A DNA stretch of 64,000 nt from a virus. A program made the translations under genes and the position numbers. The stretch is taken from positions 51-64,050 of IMG/VR virus record IMGVR_UViG_3300027513_000014; one strand, written 5' to 3'. How positions within the stretch are numbered: the stretch's first letter is position 1; the number at the start of each line of letters is the position of its first letter. The notes under the pieces are model-generated. The model worked only from the letters and a program-made list of their open reading frames with translations, had not been told where the DNA came from and ran no database searches. This document shows, one piece after another, positions 20,375 through 29,565 of the stretch.

Positions 20375-23300
20375 GTGAATAAGATGGTCACCTACAGCGT
20401 AGACTCGGATTTCGAGGTCGAACTGGACCAGAACACGGCGATAACCGTTGTTCTCGGTACTCAGGGTATAGCTGGTCCTCCAGGTCCTCCGGGTCCTCAG
20501 GGTGCTGCTAGTACTGTTCCTGGCCCCGCTGGTCCTGAAGGTCCTGCCGGAGCAACGGGTGATACTGGCCCTGCTGGTGCCGAAGGCCCTGAAGGCCCCA
20601 CTGGTCCTACTGGTGCGACTGGCCCACAGGGACCTGGACTTATTATTAAGGGTACAGTCGCTGACGTTGCTAGCTTGCCTACGTCGGGTTATGTTCTAGG
20701 CGATGCTTTTACTGTTACGTCGCCGTCTCCAACGACTGTGCATGTGGTGGTTGGCCTTGGCCCCCCGCTTGTATGGAATAATGTAGGCGCTTTTCAGGGT
20801 GCGACTGGTGCAACTGGGCCGACTGGGCCGACTGGCCCAACGGGTCCTACTGGTTCTCAAGGCCCTGCCGGAGCGACTGGTGCGACTGGTGCGACTGGCC
20901 CGCAAGGTCCTATTGGCGCTCCTAGTACAGTTCCTGGCCCACAAGGTTTACAAGGTCCAGTTGGTTTTACTGGTCCTACTGGTCCTGCTGGCCCTCCCAG
21001 CACAGTTCCTGGCCCTACTGGAGCGACTGGTGCTACCGGAGCGACTGGTGCGCCGTTTGTCATTAAGGGCACGGTAGCAACGGTTCCAGCGCTTCCAGGT
21101 TCTGGTGCAATTGGGGACGCTTATACTGTTACCGCCACTAACCCGGCTAGGGTTTATTCCTGGACAGGTGCTGCGCCTTGGAAAGATGGTGGTCCGTTTC
21201 AGGGGCAACCCGGCGCGTTAGGTCCTGTCGGTCCCGCTGGCCCAGCCGGTCCAAAGGGCGATACGGGTGCCGGCGTAAGAGTAATGGGTTCAGTTTCCGC
21301 CCTGGTAGATTGTCCTGCTACGGGCAACGCCGTGGGTGATGGTTACATTCTTACGAGCTTTACGCCGGATCATTTAGCTGTATGCACTGCACTGCCTAAT
21401 AATTGGGTGGACGTAGGCGTGTTTCAGGGTCCAACAGGTGCAACAGGCCCGACTGGCCCGCAAGGTCCTTCTGGTGCTGACAGCACAGTTCCTGGCCCTA
21501 AAGGAGATACTGGCCTACAAGGTTCTGTGGGTCCCGGTGTTCCAGTTGGCGTTGTAGGTGATGTAGGAAAGTTTCTCAGGAAGAACGCTGCCGGTGTAGC
21601 TGATACGGGTTGGACTGCTATTACTTCAGCCCATGTTACTGGCTTAGGTCCGTGGGCAACTACTCAGAATCTTGCCAGCGCTACTGGAACGCTGCCTCCT
21701 GCTAATCTTAACGCTGCTACCTATGACCAGCTTAATAATATAACTATGGCTGGTTCGCTTGGTACGGCTACTGGGGTTGTTACCTCTCCGGCTGGTTCAC
21801 TTCGTATAGGGCTTAAGACAACGGTTGGTCTTGATACAGGGTTTGTTGTGGTTGCTGGATCGGGGGATGCGCCTAATAGTGCACGTGGTGCGTGGGTAGG
21901 AGCTTATGGTGTTAATAATCCTACGGAACCGGGTACGTTACAGTTACGATCCGGTACTGGTGGTTCTGTTAAGATAAATGGTGCTCCTGTAGCTGCTATA
22001 GCGACTTCAGGGAACGCAGCTGATTTGATAGGATCAATCCCGCTTACCAAGTTACCTTCACAATTAGCAGCTACCGTCCTTGGGAGAACTATTACCGGCG
22101 GGGCGGGTACGCCTATTGCTTTAACAGATGATAATCTTAGTGATTTTTCTTATGCGATTTCAGTAGGTGTTCCAGATGGACCTTCTTCCATAGTTGGGAC
22201 TGCACCTATTAAACGTTCTAACAAGCAGCGCTGGTCAGATACTATCAATGTAATGGATTATGGGGCTGATCCAGGTGTTCCTAACGGTACAGCAGGAGCG
22301 CCTACGTTTCACACTGCTTTGACGAACGCTTATAATGAGGCTAAAGCACGGGGTTATTCTGAAATTCGCATTCCATCTGGTCGATTTAGGTTGGGCGATA
22401 CGGTCACCCTGCTTAACGTAACCAGCGGTGATCGTATTCGATTTATCGGATGTGGCAGGACCACCACCATCGAACCTAGCTTTGGGAATAAGCACTGGTT
22501 TCAGATTGGAGCGGTAGGTGCTACTCAACCTACTAGTAATCATACTACGAATTTGTACTTTGAGAATATGGATTTCAGTCCGGGGGCTATTGGCAATGCA
22601 ACGGCAGGTGCTGTCTTTAATCTACGAAACACTCGGTATTGTGCTTGGCGCGAATGCGCCTTTGTAGGGGTGCGGCAGGCGTTCAGAATGGGCTTCGATG
22701 CTACGCTCACTAACGACGTTGGGTCCATTCTTCTCGCTAATACCGCCTATATTAACGGTGCCGATCACACGATGGCGCACATGATAGAGCTGGGTTCTGG
22801 AGGAACCCTCGTAATGGAGGGAAATTATCTTCCGTTTGTTAACAGTGTGGTTCCGTCTATTTCAGGACAAGCATTTATCGCGCAGACTAATGCAAGCCTT
22901 AACTGGGACGGGCTTTTCGTTAATAGTTTTAACGGATCGGATTGGTATTACTACGTGCTGTCGCAGGCAGGGGGGATCGTGAACTTTAACTGGGACGGGG
23001 GCGGTGGGCAGTTTGACGGGCCGACCAGGGGATTTGTGGCGTCGGTTGATGGGAATACTCAATGGATGATTTCAAACTTGCTAATGCTGAAGGGGTATGG
23101 AGCGACTTCTATCGCAACTTATCCGCTGGATTGGAATAGTGCTGGGCATGTAACAATGTCGAATTGCATTATTGCGGGTTTTACTCATTATATATACGCA
23201 AGAGCTGGGACGGTGAATGTTATTGGTTGTACTTTTGAAGCGTGTGGGCGAGGGAGCACGGGGGATGTAGGTCCGCACCCGCTGATACGGTTTGATGCGC

Positions 23301-23476
23301 CGAACGGCCTAGTTACGGGCTGTTCCTATGTGCCGCGAAGCGGCACGACGACAGCTTCAAGGAGCGTATCCTGGGGTGGGGATACTTCGGGATATAGGGT
23401 TGGTCCAACTGCTGCGGGTCCTACCGCAGCAGGTAACAACTTTAGGAATCTCACTACAGGTGGGACAAATCCATAA
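20375..23476 (+). CDS. Collagen-like tail fibre with pectate-lyase-like C-terminal domain
   Basis: Long Gly-X-Y runs broken by three repeats of an IKGTVA..LP..G..GDA.TV module; [10 protein letters not shown]...IRIPSGRF signature. Confidence 0.8.
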   Translation: MNKMVTYSVDSDFEVELDQNTAITVVLGTQGIAGPPGPPGPQGAASTVPGPAGPEGPAGATGDTGPAGAEGPEGPTGPTGATGPQGPGLIIKGTVADVASLPTSGYVLGDAFTVTSPSPTTVHVVVGLGPPLVWNNVGAFQGATGATGPTGPTGPTGPTGSQGPAGATGATGATGPQGPIGAPSTVPGPQGLQGPVGFTGPTGPAGPPSTVPGPTGATGATGATGAPFVIKGTVATVPALPGSGAIGDAYTVTATNPARVYSWTGAAPWKDGGPFQGQPGALGPVGPAGPAGPKGDTGAGVRVMGSVSALVDCPATGNAVGDGYILTSFTPDHLAVCTALPNNWVDVGVFQGPTGATGPTGPQGPSGADSTVPGPKGDTGLQGSVGPGVPVGVVGDVGKFLRKNAAGVADTGWTAITSAHVTGLGPWATTQNLASATGTLPPANLNAATYDQLNNITMAGSLGTATGVVTSPAGSLRIGLKTTVGLDTGFVVVAGSGDAPNSARGAWVGAYGVNNPTEPGTLQLRSGTGGSVKINGAPVAAIATSGNAADLIGSIPLTKLPSQLAATVLGRTITGGAGTPIALTDDNLSDFSYAISVGVPDGPSSIVGTAPIKRSNKQRWSDTINVMDYGADPGVPNGTAGAPTFHTALTNAYNEAKARGYSEIRIPSGRFRLGDTVTLLNVTSGDRIRFIGCGRTTTIEPSFGNKHWFQIGAVGATQPTSNHTTNLYFENMDFSPGAIGNATAGAVFNLRNTRYCAWRECAFVGVRQAFRMGFDATLTNDVGSILLANTAYINGADHTMAHMIELGSGGTLVMEGNYLPFVNSVVPSISGQAFIAQTNASLNWDGLFVNSFNGSDWYYYVLSQAGGIVNFNWDGGGGQFDGPTRGFVASVDGNTQWMISNLLMLKGYGATSIATYPLDWNSAGHVTMSNCIIAGFTHYIYARAGTVNVIGCTFEACGRGSTGDVGPHPLIRFDAPNGLVTGCSYVPRSGTTTASRSVSWGGDTSGYRVGPTAAGPTAAGNNFRNLTTGGTNP

Positions 23477-23495
23477 CCTAAAGGTAACTTAAGCT

Positions 23496-24458
23496 ATGGC
23501 GATTTCCCTCAAGCATGACAAAGTCAGCGACAAGTCTGATGGTCAGGATAGTTCTCTCTTGCAGCCATCGCATTGGAATGCGGAGCATGTGTTTAAGGTT
23601 GAAGCTAAAAAGCTTGTTGGGAATAGCACTAGCTCGTCTGGTAACGCAGCGGAGATATCTGTTGGTGCTGGCCTGAAATTAGACGCCGGCGCGCTGACGT
23701 TTAGTGGTAGCGATGCCTTAATTGTGTCTGCGGCTAATCCTGATCTTCCAACTGCTCGTGTGCTTACTGGTGTTGCCCCCGTAACCGTAGATTTGACAAC
23801 TGTTGCGCAAGCTAAAGTCAGTGTCGCTGATAACGGTATAACGCTTGATAAGCTGGATCACGGCACGAAGGGCGATATCCTTTATTACGGAGATTCTGGT
23901 GCTCCTGCGAGATTACCCATTGGTCCAGTTGGTACGTTTTTAAAGACTGGCACTGCTGCAGTTGTTGGTCCTCCGGCTGTCGCTGCTACTAATCCATCAT
24001 GGGCATTTTCCGGTGCTCCCCATGCAGTGTTAAAAGACAAAAAAGGTAACGGTGTAGCTGGTGGTAGCTTTACTGTTGGCGATTGGCGTGACAGAGTTTT
24101 AAACGATGAAGCTTATGATACTTATGGATTTGTTACCTTAGCATCTAATGCGTTTACGCTGGTAGCTGGAACGTATGTTATCGAGTGGAGTACGCCGGCA
24201 TATAATGTAACTCAGCACCAGAGTCGTTTATGGAATTCGACAGATAGTTTAATACTAGAATCGGGGACGGCTGAATTTTCTGGTACAACACAGAATAGGT
24301 CTTTAGGCGTTGCCAAATTTACTATCGCAGCCTCTAAAGCATTAAAAATTCAGCATAGATGTGATAGCACTAGAGCTACTGATGGTTTTGGTGCTCCCGC
24401 AAACTATAACGGTATGGCTGAGATTTATACCATTGTGAAGATTTGGCGAGTGGAGTGA
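23496..24458 (+). CDS. Tail-associated structural protein
   Basis: In the fibre cluster; PSHWNAEH N-terminus; beta-rich C-terminus. Confidence 0.55.
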   Translation: MAISLKHDKVSDKSDGQDSSLLQPSHWNAEHVFKVEAKKLVGNSTSSSGNAAEISVGAGLKLDAGALTFSGSDALIVSAANPDLPTARVLTGVAPVTVDLTTVAQAKVSVADNGITLDKLDHGTKGDILYYGDSGAPARLPIGPVGTFLKTGTAAVVGPPAVAATNPSWAFSGAPHAVLKDKKGNGVAGGSFTVGDWRDRVLNDEAYDTYGFVTLASNAFTLVAGTYVIEWSTPAYNVTQHQSRLWNSTDSLILESGTAEFSGTTQNRSLGVAKFTIAASKALKIQHRCDSTRATDGFGAPANYNGMAEIYTIVKIWRVE

Positions 24459-24471
24459 GATAGACAGTGCT

Positions 24472-24654
24472 GTGGACCCGTTCACCGCTACCATACTCTT
24501 TTTTATGTGGCTGGCGCTGCGGCCTGAGCACCATCATCCGCCTGTTGATCTACATCCGAAGCATGATCAGTGTTGTATGCACAAAGGCTGTATGCGTCAT
24601 CAGCACTTCTCGGGTAGAGCTTGCGGTATCCCGTGGGATTGGGAAAATAGATGA
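24472..24654 (+). CDS. Small protein with hydrophobic N-terminus and His/Cys-rich tail
   Basis: 60 aa; stop overlaps the endolysin start. Confidence 0.4.
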   Translation: MDPFTATILFFMWLALRPEHHHPPVDLHPKHDQCCMHKGCMRHQHFSGRACGIPWDWENR

Positions 24655-25223
24655 TTGATCGTGACATCTATTTCAACCATGTGCGTGATAGCCTTTTCAG
24701 CGGCGCGTTGGAGCAAGTTCATGTCGATGGTCAGTCGGTAATCCTCGCAGTCTGGGACTACCAAGCTGGTGGCACGCCGATGAACGATCTCAGGTGGCTG
24801 GCCTACATGCTATCGACTGTTTACCACGAGACTGCACAACGTATGTGGCCTGTCACTGAGTATGGCTCACAGGAGTATTTGCAGGGCAAGGAATACTATC
24901 CGTATATCGGGCGCGGCTTCGTGCAGCTTACATGGCAGACTAACTACGATTACGCCAGTAAGGCATTGGCGTTGATTGATGAGCGTGACCTTGTGGCTCA
25001 CCCGGAGATGGCGCTTGATTCGCTTATCGCTACCAGGATTTTATTCAGAGGCATGGCGGAAGGTTGGTTCACCAATCGCAAGCTTGGTGAATATTTTAAT
25101 ACCGAAAAGGACGATCCCATCAATGCGCGCCAGATAATTAATGGTAATGACGATGATACGCTTATTGCGGGTCATCATGAAAAGTTTCTGGTAGCACTAA
25201 CGGCAGCATCAGGGAGTGTGTAG
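24651..25223 (+). CDS. Endolysin, glycoside hydrolase family 19
   Basis: YMLSTVYHET, YIGRGFVQLTWQTNY, ARQIING motifs. Confidence 0.88.
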   Translation: MIDRDIYFNHVRDSLFSGALEQVHVDGQSVILAVWDYQAGGTPMNDLRWLAYMLSTVYHETAQRMWPVTEYGSQEYLQGKEYYPYIGRGFVQLTWQTNYDYASKALALIDERDLVAHPEMALDSLIATRILFRGMAEGWFTNRKLGEYFNTEKDDPINARQIINGNDDDTLIAGHHEKFLVALTAASGSV

Positions 25224-25490
25224 ATGGCGATAAATATGCAGATTACTGTTACTGAAGGTTCAGTGGCAGTGATTTACTTTCAGGACGGTTCGTCCATGAC
25301 GGTGGATGAAAACTCCAGTGAGAGCATTCAGCTTATCGAAAGGGGTTTTGCCACTGTCAGCGATGCTGCTCCTGTTGAAGAAGGTGAGCATCCGCCTCCT
25401 GGATACATATTTGCGCAAGCCATGGTAAAGTTTTGGCAGTTTATGGTGAATCAGGTAAAAGGCGAGAACCCTGAAGTTAACCCACTTTAA
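25224..25490 (+). CDS. Hypothetical protein
   Basis: 88-aa ORF in the operon. Confidence 0.55.
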   Translation: MAINMQITVTEGSVAVIYFQDGSSMTVDENSSESIQLIERGFATVSDAAPVEEGEHPPPGYIFAQAMVKFWQFMVNQVKGENPEVNPL

Positions 25491-25520
25491 GGAGGCGGTT
25501 ACTTTTTCCGGTAACTTTAG

Positions 25521-27827
25521 ATGGTAGCGTTTAGGGTTGACACTTTCGGAGGCATGATTCCGGCGATTAGCGATGAGCTATTGCCGGTAAACCAAGCTGC
25601 GCTGTCCGAAAATACGTGGCTGTATTCTGGGAGTTTGGTAGGCTTACCAATCCCCAAACCGCTTAGAGATATGGCGCTAGTGGACTCCACCAAAGTTTAT
25701 CGTATACCAGCGTCGTATGATCGATCCACTTACCTTCACAATTCGCTATGGATAGAATTTGCCAACGTAAACACTGATGTTGTACGTGCGCCAGTGTTTA
25801 ACGATGTGCATGATAGATACTATATGGCTTCAACGTCGGCGGCTCCCAGGTATAACACGCGCGCACGTTTGCAAGCTTACGAAGATGGCGAAGTAAATTC
25901 TCGTGCTTGGCTTTTAGGCGTCCCTCCACCGACTGTACCACCTAAGCTCGTAGTGACTGGCGGTTCCATTAAAGCAGATAACGTACGTGTAGCTACTACT
26001 GTAGCCGGAGTGATGGCTACGGATTTTTGGGTTGCCAAGAAAATCGATGGAGTTGAGCTTAAAGAGGGTGACAGAATTTTCATTAAAGACCAAGCAGCTG
26101 CAACAGAAAACGGTATTTATATCATTCAAGCCATGACAGGAACTCCACCCGTTGGAGTAGCTCCGGTTCGTGCAGTTGACATGAATAACGGAGATGAGTT
26201 TGTAGGTAAGTTTTTTAAGATTTTGGAAGGCACCGTAAATGGTGGTTCTTCATGGAAGATCACCAATGAAGAGCCACCTGTTCTAGGCACTGATGATATT
26301 AAATCTGAAGAGGTTCCAGAGATACCCCTGCAGGTAACAAGGTCATACGTTTATACGTGGGTGACAGAATACGAAGAAGAAAGTGCCCCCAGCGTACCTG
26401 CTATAGCCACCGGCATTCAGGACGGTTCCTGGAATCTTAGTGATTTGCAAATTCCGAGTATATCGGATCAGGGTTTTGCTGCTGATCCGCTCGCAAACAG
26501 ATGGATCACCAAGACCAGGATATACCGCACGATTACCTCGTCTGCCGGCGTGGCAACGTTTTTCTTTGTTGCCGAGCAAGATTGCACGGTAACTTTTTAC
26601 AATGATACTCTTACCGATGACGAAGTATCGTTAAACTCGCAGCTGGAAAGTTTTATGTGGACCCCGCCTCCACCTGATCTTCAGGGGCTGGTGGTCATGT
26701 GGAACGGTATCATAGCCGGGTGGCGCGAAAACGAGCTATGGATGTGTGAGCCATATAGGCCCCATGCATGGCCATCCAGTTTCGTGCAGACGCTGGAATA
26801 TCCGATTGTAGGTATGGGTGTAGCGGGGCAAACGCTTATTGTTTGCACTGCGGGCAATCCGGTTGCAGTCAATGGCTCCATGCCGGAAGCTATGACTACA
26901 GCCAAGATGCCAAACTTCGAGCCGTGCACTTCACGTGGTAGTATCCTAAGCCACGCTAGCGGAGTGTATTTTGTATCGCCCAATGGACTTATAATATGCG
27001 GGCAGGGCGGTGCGCTCAACGTCACCAGGGATTTGATAACTCGTGATAAGTGGCGGGAGTTTGCTGGCGAGGCAAGGCTTCGAGCAGCATGGCTGGGGTC
27101 GGCGTATTATGCATTCGGAGGTGTAACCCCCGGAGTGTTTGAGCCTACTGCATGGGCGGGCTCGCATAATGATGTAATAGTTGACCCTGATTCACCGGGT
27201 TCTGAATTGATTGGTGGCGGCTTTGATACTGGCTTTAATTTGGGCTTTGAAGTTGGAGAGGGTGGGTCGTTCATACCCATGCCGGATTGGGTGTCCAGGT
27301 TGGACACTACGGGGGCGCACAATGGAGTATTAATAGACCCGGTAAATAACCGTATAGCGTTTAACCTCCTCACGAGTGAATCGCCTGTGCTGGGAGTGCA
27401 GAACGATCCGTGGTCGGGGGAAGTGTTTATAATTCGCGATAAGAAGGTTGGCTGGCTAGATGTGAGCAATGTCGCTCAGCCCGTCGAACCAGGGACCTGG
27501 AAATCGAAGATATACCAATTTGGAGAAGCCAGGAACCTCGGAGCTATGCGGGTTTATTTCAGGGAAACGTTTGGACTGCCCAATTTGACGACACGTGCTA
27601 CACCCCCTGTAGGCGTGGATCAAATTCTTACCGACGATAAGTGGGGGATATGCAGGATATATGCTGATGATAAATTGATTTTGGCACGTGAGCTTCGCAA
27701 GTCTGGTGAGCTATGGAAACTCCCTTCCGGGTTCACCGCAGATTATTGGCAATACGAAGTGGAAACGAGGCTAAAAATATTGAACATACAGCTCGCATCC
27801 AGTGCGAAGGAACTAGCCAGCCAATGA
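25521..27827 (+). CDS. Tail nozzle / tail tubular B-like stabilisation protein
   Basis: 768 aa beta-rich; FGGMIP N-terminus, ELWMCEPYRPHAWP, WKSKIYQF; synteny. Confidence 0.7.
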   Translation: MVAFRVDTFGGMIPAISDELLPVNQAALSENTWLYSGSLVGLPIPKPLRDMALVDSTKVYRIPASYDRSTYLHNSLWIEFANVNTDVVRAPVFNDVHDRYYMASTSAAPRYNTRARLQAYEDGEVNSRAWLLGVPPPTVPPKLVVTGGSIKADNVRVATTVAGVMATDFWVAKKIDGVELKEGDRIFIKDQAAATENGIYIIQAMTGTPPVGVAPVRAVDMNNGDEFVGKFFKILEGTVNGGSSWKITNEEPPVLGTDDIKSEEVPEIPLQVTRSYVYTWVTEYEEESAPSVPAIATGIQDGSWNLSDLQIPSISDQGFAADPLANRWITKTRIYRTITSSAGVATFFFVAEQDCTVTFYNDTLTDDEVSLNSQLESFMWTPPPPDLQGLVVMWNGIIAGWRENELWMCEPYRPHAWPSSFVQTLEYPIVGMGVAGQTLIVCTAGNPVAVNGSMPEAMTTAKMPNFEPCTSRGSILSHASGVYFVSPNGLIICGQGGALNVTRDLITRDKWREFAGEARLRAAWLGSAYYAFGGVTPGVFEPTAWAGSHNDVIVDPDSPGSELIGGGFDTGFNLGFEVGEGGSFIPMPDWVSRLDTTGAHNGVLIDPVNNRIAFNLLTSESPVLGVQNDPWSGEVFIIRDKKVGWLDVSNVAQPVEPGTWKSKIYQFGEARNLGAMRVYFRETFGLPNLTTRATPPVGVDQILTDDKWGICRIYADDKLILARELRKSGELWKLPSGFTADYWQYEVETRLKILNIQLASSAKELASQ

Positions 27828-28078
27828 CGCATACTCCTCTTAAGCCATCTGACCATCGGCACAGGTTCCCCGCAATACCGGAGCCACAGCCTACTGTCGA
27901 GAGCTTGGTGCAGGTATGTAATGCGCTGAAGGAGGCAGTGGAGCTGATTACCGATCAACGGAAGCGAGGGGGAGAGGCTATGTCATCTCCAACGTGGGGT
28001 GACTTGGTGCAGATGGGGGTGGTCACTACTGAAAGTATTTCTGCATTGAAGAACGATAGGTTGCAAAATAAGCGATGA
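27824..28078 (+). CDS. Hypothetical protein
   Basis: Probable start MTHTPLK coupled (ATGA) to the upstream stop. Confidence 0.6.
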   Translation: MTHTPLKPSDHRHRFPAIPEPQPTVESLVQVCNALKEAVELITDQRKRGGEAMSSPTWGDLVQMGVVTTESISALKNDRLQNKR

Positions 28079-28527
28079 TCGAGCTAGGCCGTATAGACCA
28101 CGGATTGAGGATAGCTAAGGCCGTCGTTTGTCTTCTAGATGTGGAGCATGATGTTGTGATATCTCGCACCGACGATTACGGGAAGCTCCTAGGAGGCGTA
28201 GTTTACTATGATTTCACGGGTAAATCGATTGCTATGCATATAGCGGGATTTAGTCCGCATTGGATGTGCAGAGACTTGATTTGGCTGGTTTTTCATTACG
28301 CTTTTGTGCAGTTAGGGTGTGCGTCTGTGTTTTCGGAGATACGTAGTCGAAACATTACAACTATTGCGTTGGCAAAGAAAATGGGGTTCTATGTAGAGGT
28401 TGTTCTTCCAGAAGTCTTCCCGGAAGATGATTTAGTGGTTTGCAGGATGCGTAAGGAAGACTGTCGCTGGCTAAACATTAAACCCCGGAGTGTTACTTTT
28501 TCCGGTAACATGAAGAAGGCTGCATAA
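28075..28527 (+). CDS. GNAT-like acetyltransferase
   Basis: FHYAFVQLGC...IRSRNITTIALAKKMGFYVE matches RimJ-type GNAT motifs. Confidence 0.7.
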   Translation: MIELGRIDHGLRIAKAVVCLLDVEHDVVISRTDDYGKLLGGVVYYDFTGKSIAMHIAGFSPHWMCRDLIWLVFHYAFVQLGCASVFSEIRSRNITTIALAKKMGFYVEVVLPEVFPEDDLVVCRMRKEDCRWLNIKPRSVTFSGNMKKAA

Positions 28528-28528
28528 A

Positions 28529-29560
28529 ATGGGCGGAAAGAACGACGCGCCGCCGCCTCCAGATTACTCTGGGTTAATCGCGGCGAACGAGAAAACCTCG
28601 GCTCTAGCTATGAAGCTGGCCCGCGATCAATTCGATTGGGCCAAGCAGACTTATAATGAAAACAAAGACCTGATGAGGCAAACCGGTCAGAGTTTTCTAG
28701 ATACCATGGAGAACTCCCGGAAGGCTTTTGAAGAAGATCGTGCACGCTATAAGTCGCAGTATCAGCCTATGGAAGATGAACTTATTAGGGATGCACGAAC
28801 CTACGATACTCAGGAACGCCGCGATCAGGAAGTAGGTGCTGCGCAGGCAAACGTGGCACAGGCGTTCGATGCCGCACGCACTAATGCACAGACTCAACTC
28901 GAATCATTTGGTGTTAACCCAAGCTCTACGAGATTTGCCGGATTGGACCTTGGGTTGCGTGCACAGCAGGCAGCAACACAAGCTGCTGCTGGAACTATGG
29001 CTGCTAAGAACGTAGAAGACAAAGGCCGCGCCCTTCAGGCAGCGGCTGTTGATATAGGACGTGGCTATCCAAATTCATACTTGGCCGCTGCCCAGGTAGG
29101 CAATCAGGCGGCTGGGGGTGCGCAGCAGGGTGCCAATCAGACGTTCCAGACTGGAGCCAACGCCATGGGCACCGGCCCGCAGTGGTTGGGCGGGGCCAAT
29201 CAGGCATTGGGTAACTGGGGTGATATTCTCAATAACCAGTACAATAACCAGCTTGGGCAGTTTAACGCCAACCAAAACGCCTCCAGCGGGTGGGGTAATT
29301 TACTGGGAATAGCTGGCGGCATTGCGATGAAGCGGTTTGGCTTCGAAGAGGGCGGTGCTGTGCCACCTGAAGCGAGTCCGTCAAGGGGTGGGCAAACAGA
29401 TGATGTGCCGGTGGCTGTATCGGTGGGTGAGTTTGTTGTTCCACGTGAAACAGTTTCGTGGCTGGGCGAGAAGCACTTCCATAAGCTTATCGAGAAAACT
29501 GCCCAGGAACGTGCAGAGACACAGGGACAGGCGGTTCCGACAAGTCCTGTGGCGAGGTAA
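28529..29560 (+). CDS. DNA ejection / pilot protein
   Basis: MGGK..APPPPDY start, Ala/Gln/Gly-rich body, C-terminal TDDVP..GEFVVP motif. Confidence 0.65.
   Translation: MGGKNDAPPPPDYSGLIAANEKTSALAMKLARDQFDWAKQTYNENKDLMRQTGQSFLDTMENSRKAFEEDRARYKSQYQPMEDELIRDARTYDTQERRDQEVGAAQANVAQAFDAARTNAQTQLESFGVNPSSTRFAGLDLGLRAQQAATQAAAGTMAAKNVEDKGRALQAAAVDIGRGYPNSYLAAAQVGNQAAGGAQQGANQTFQTGANAMGTGPQWLGGANQALGNWGDILNNQYNNQLGQFNANQNASSGWGNLLGIAGGIAMKRFGFEEGGAVPPEASPSRGGQTDDVPVAVSVGEFVVPRETVSWLGEKHFHKLIEKTAQERAETQGQAVPTSPVAR
29437..29452. promoter_or_regulatory. Exact match to bacterial parS consensus (inside a CDS)
   Basis: TGTTCCACGTGAAACA fits TGTTNCACGTGAAACA; function not shown. Confidence 0.35.
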
Positions 29561-29565
29561 TTAAG

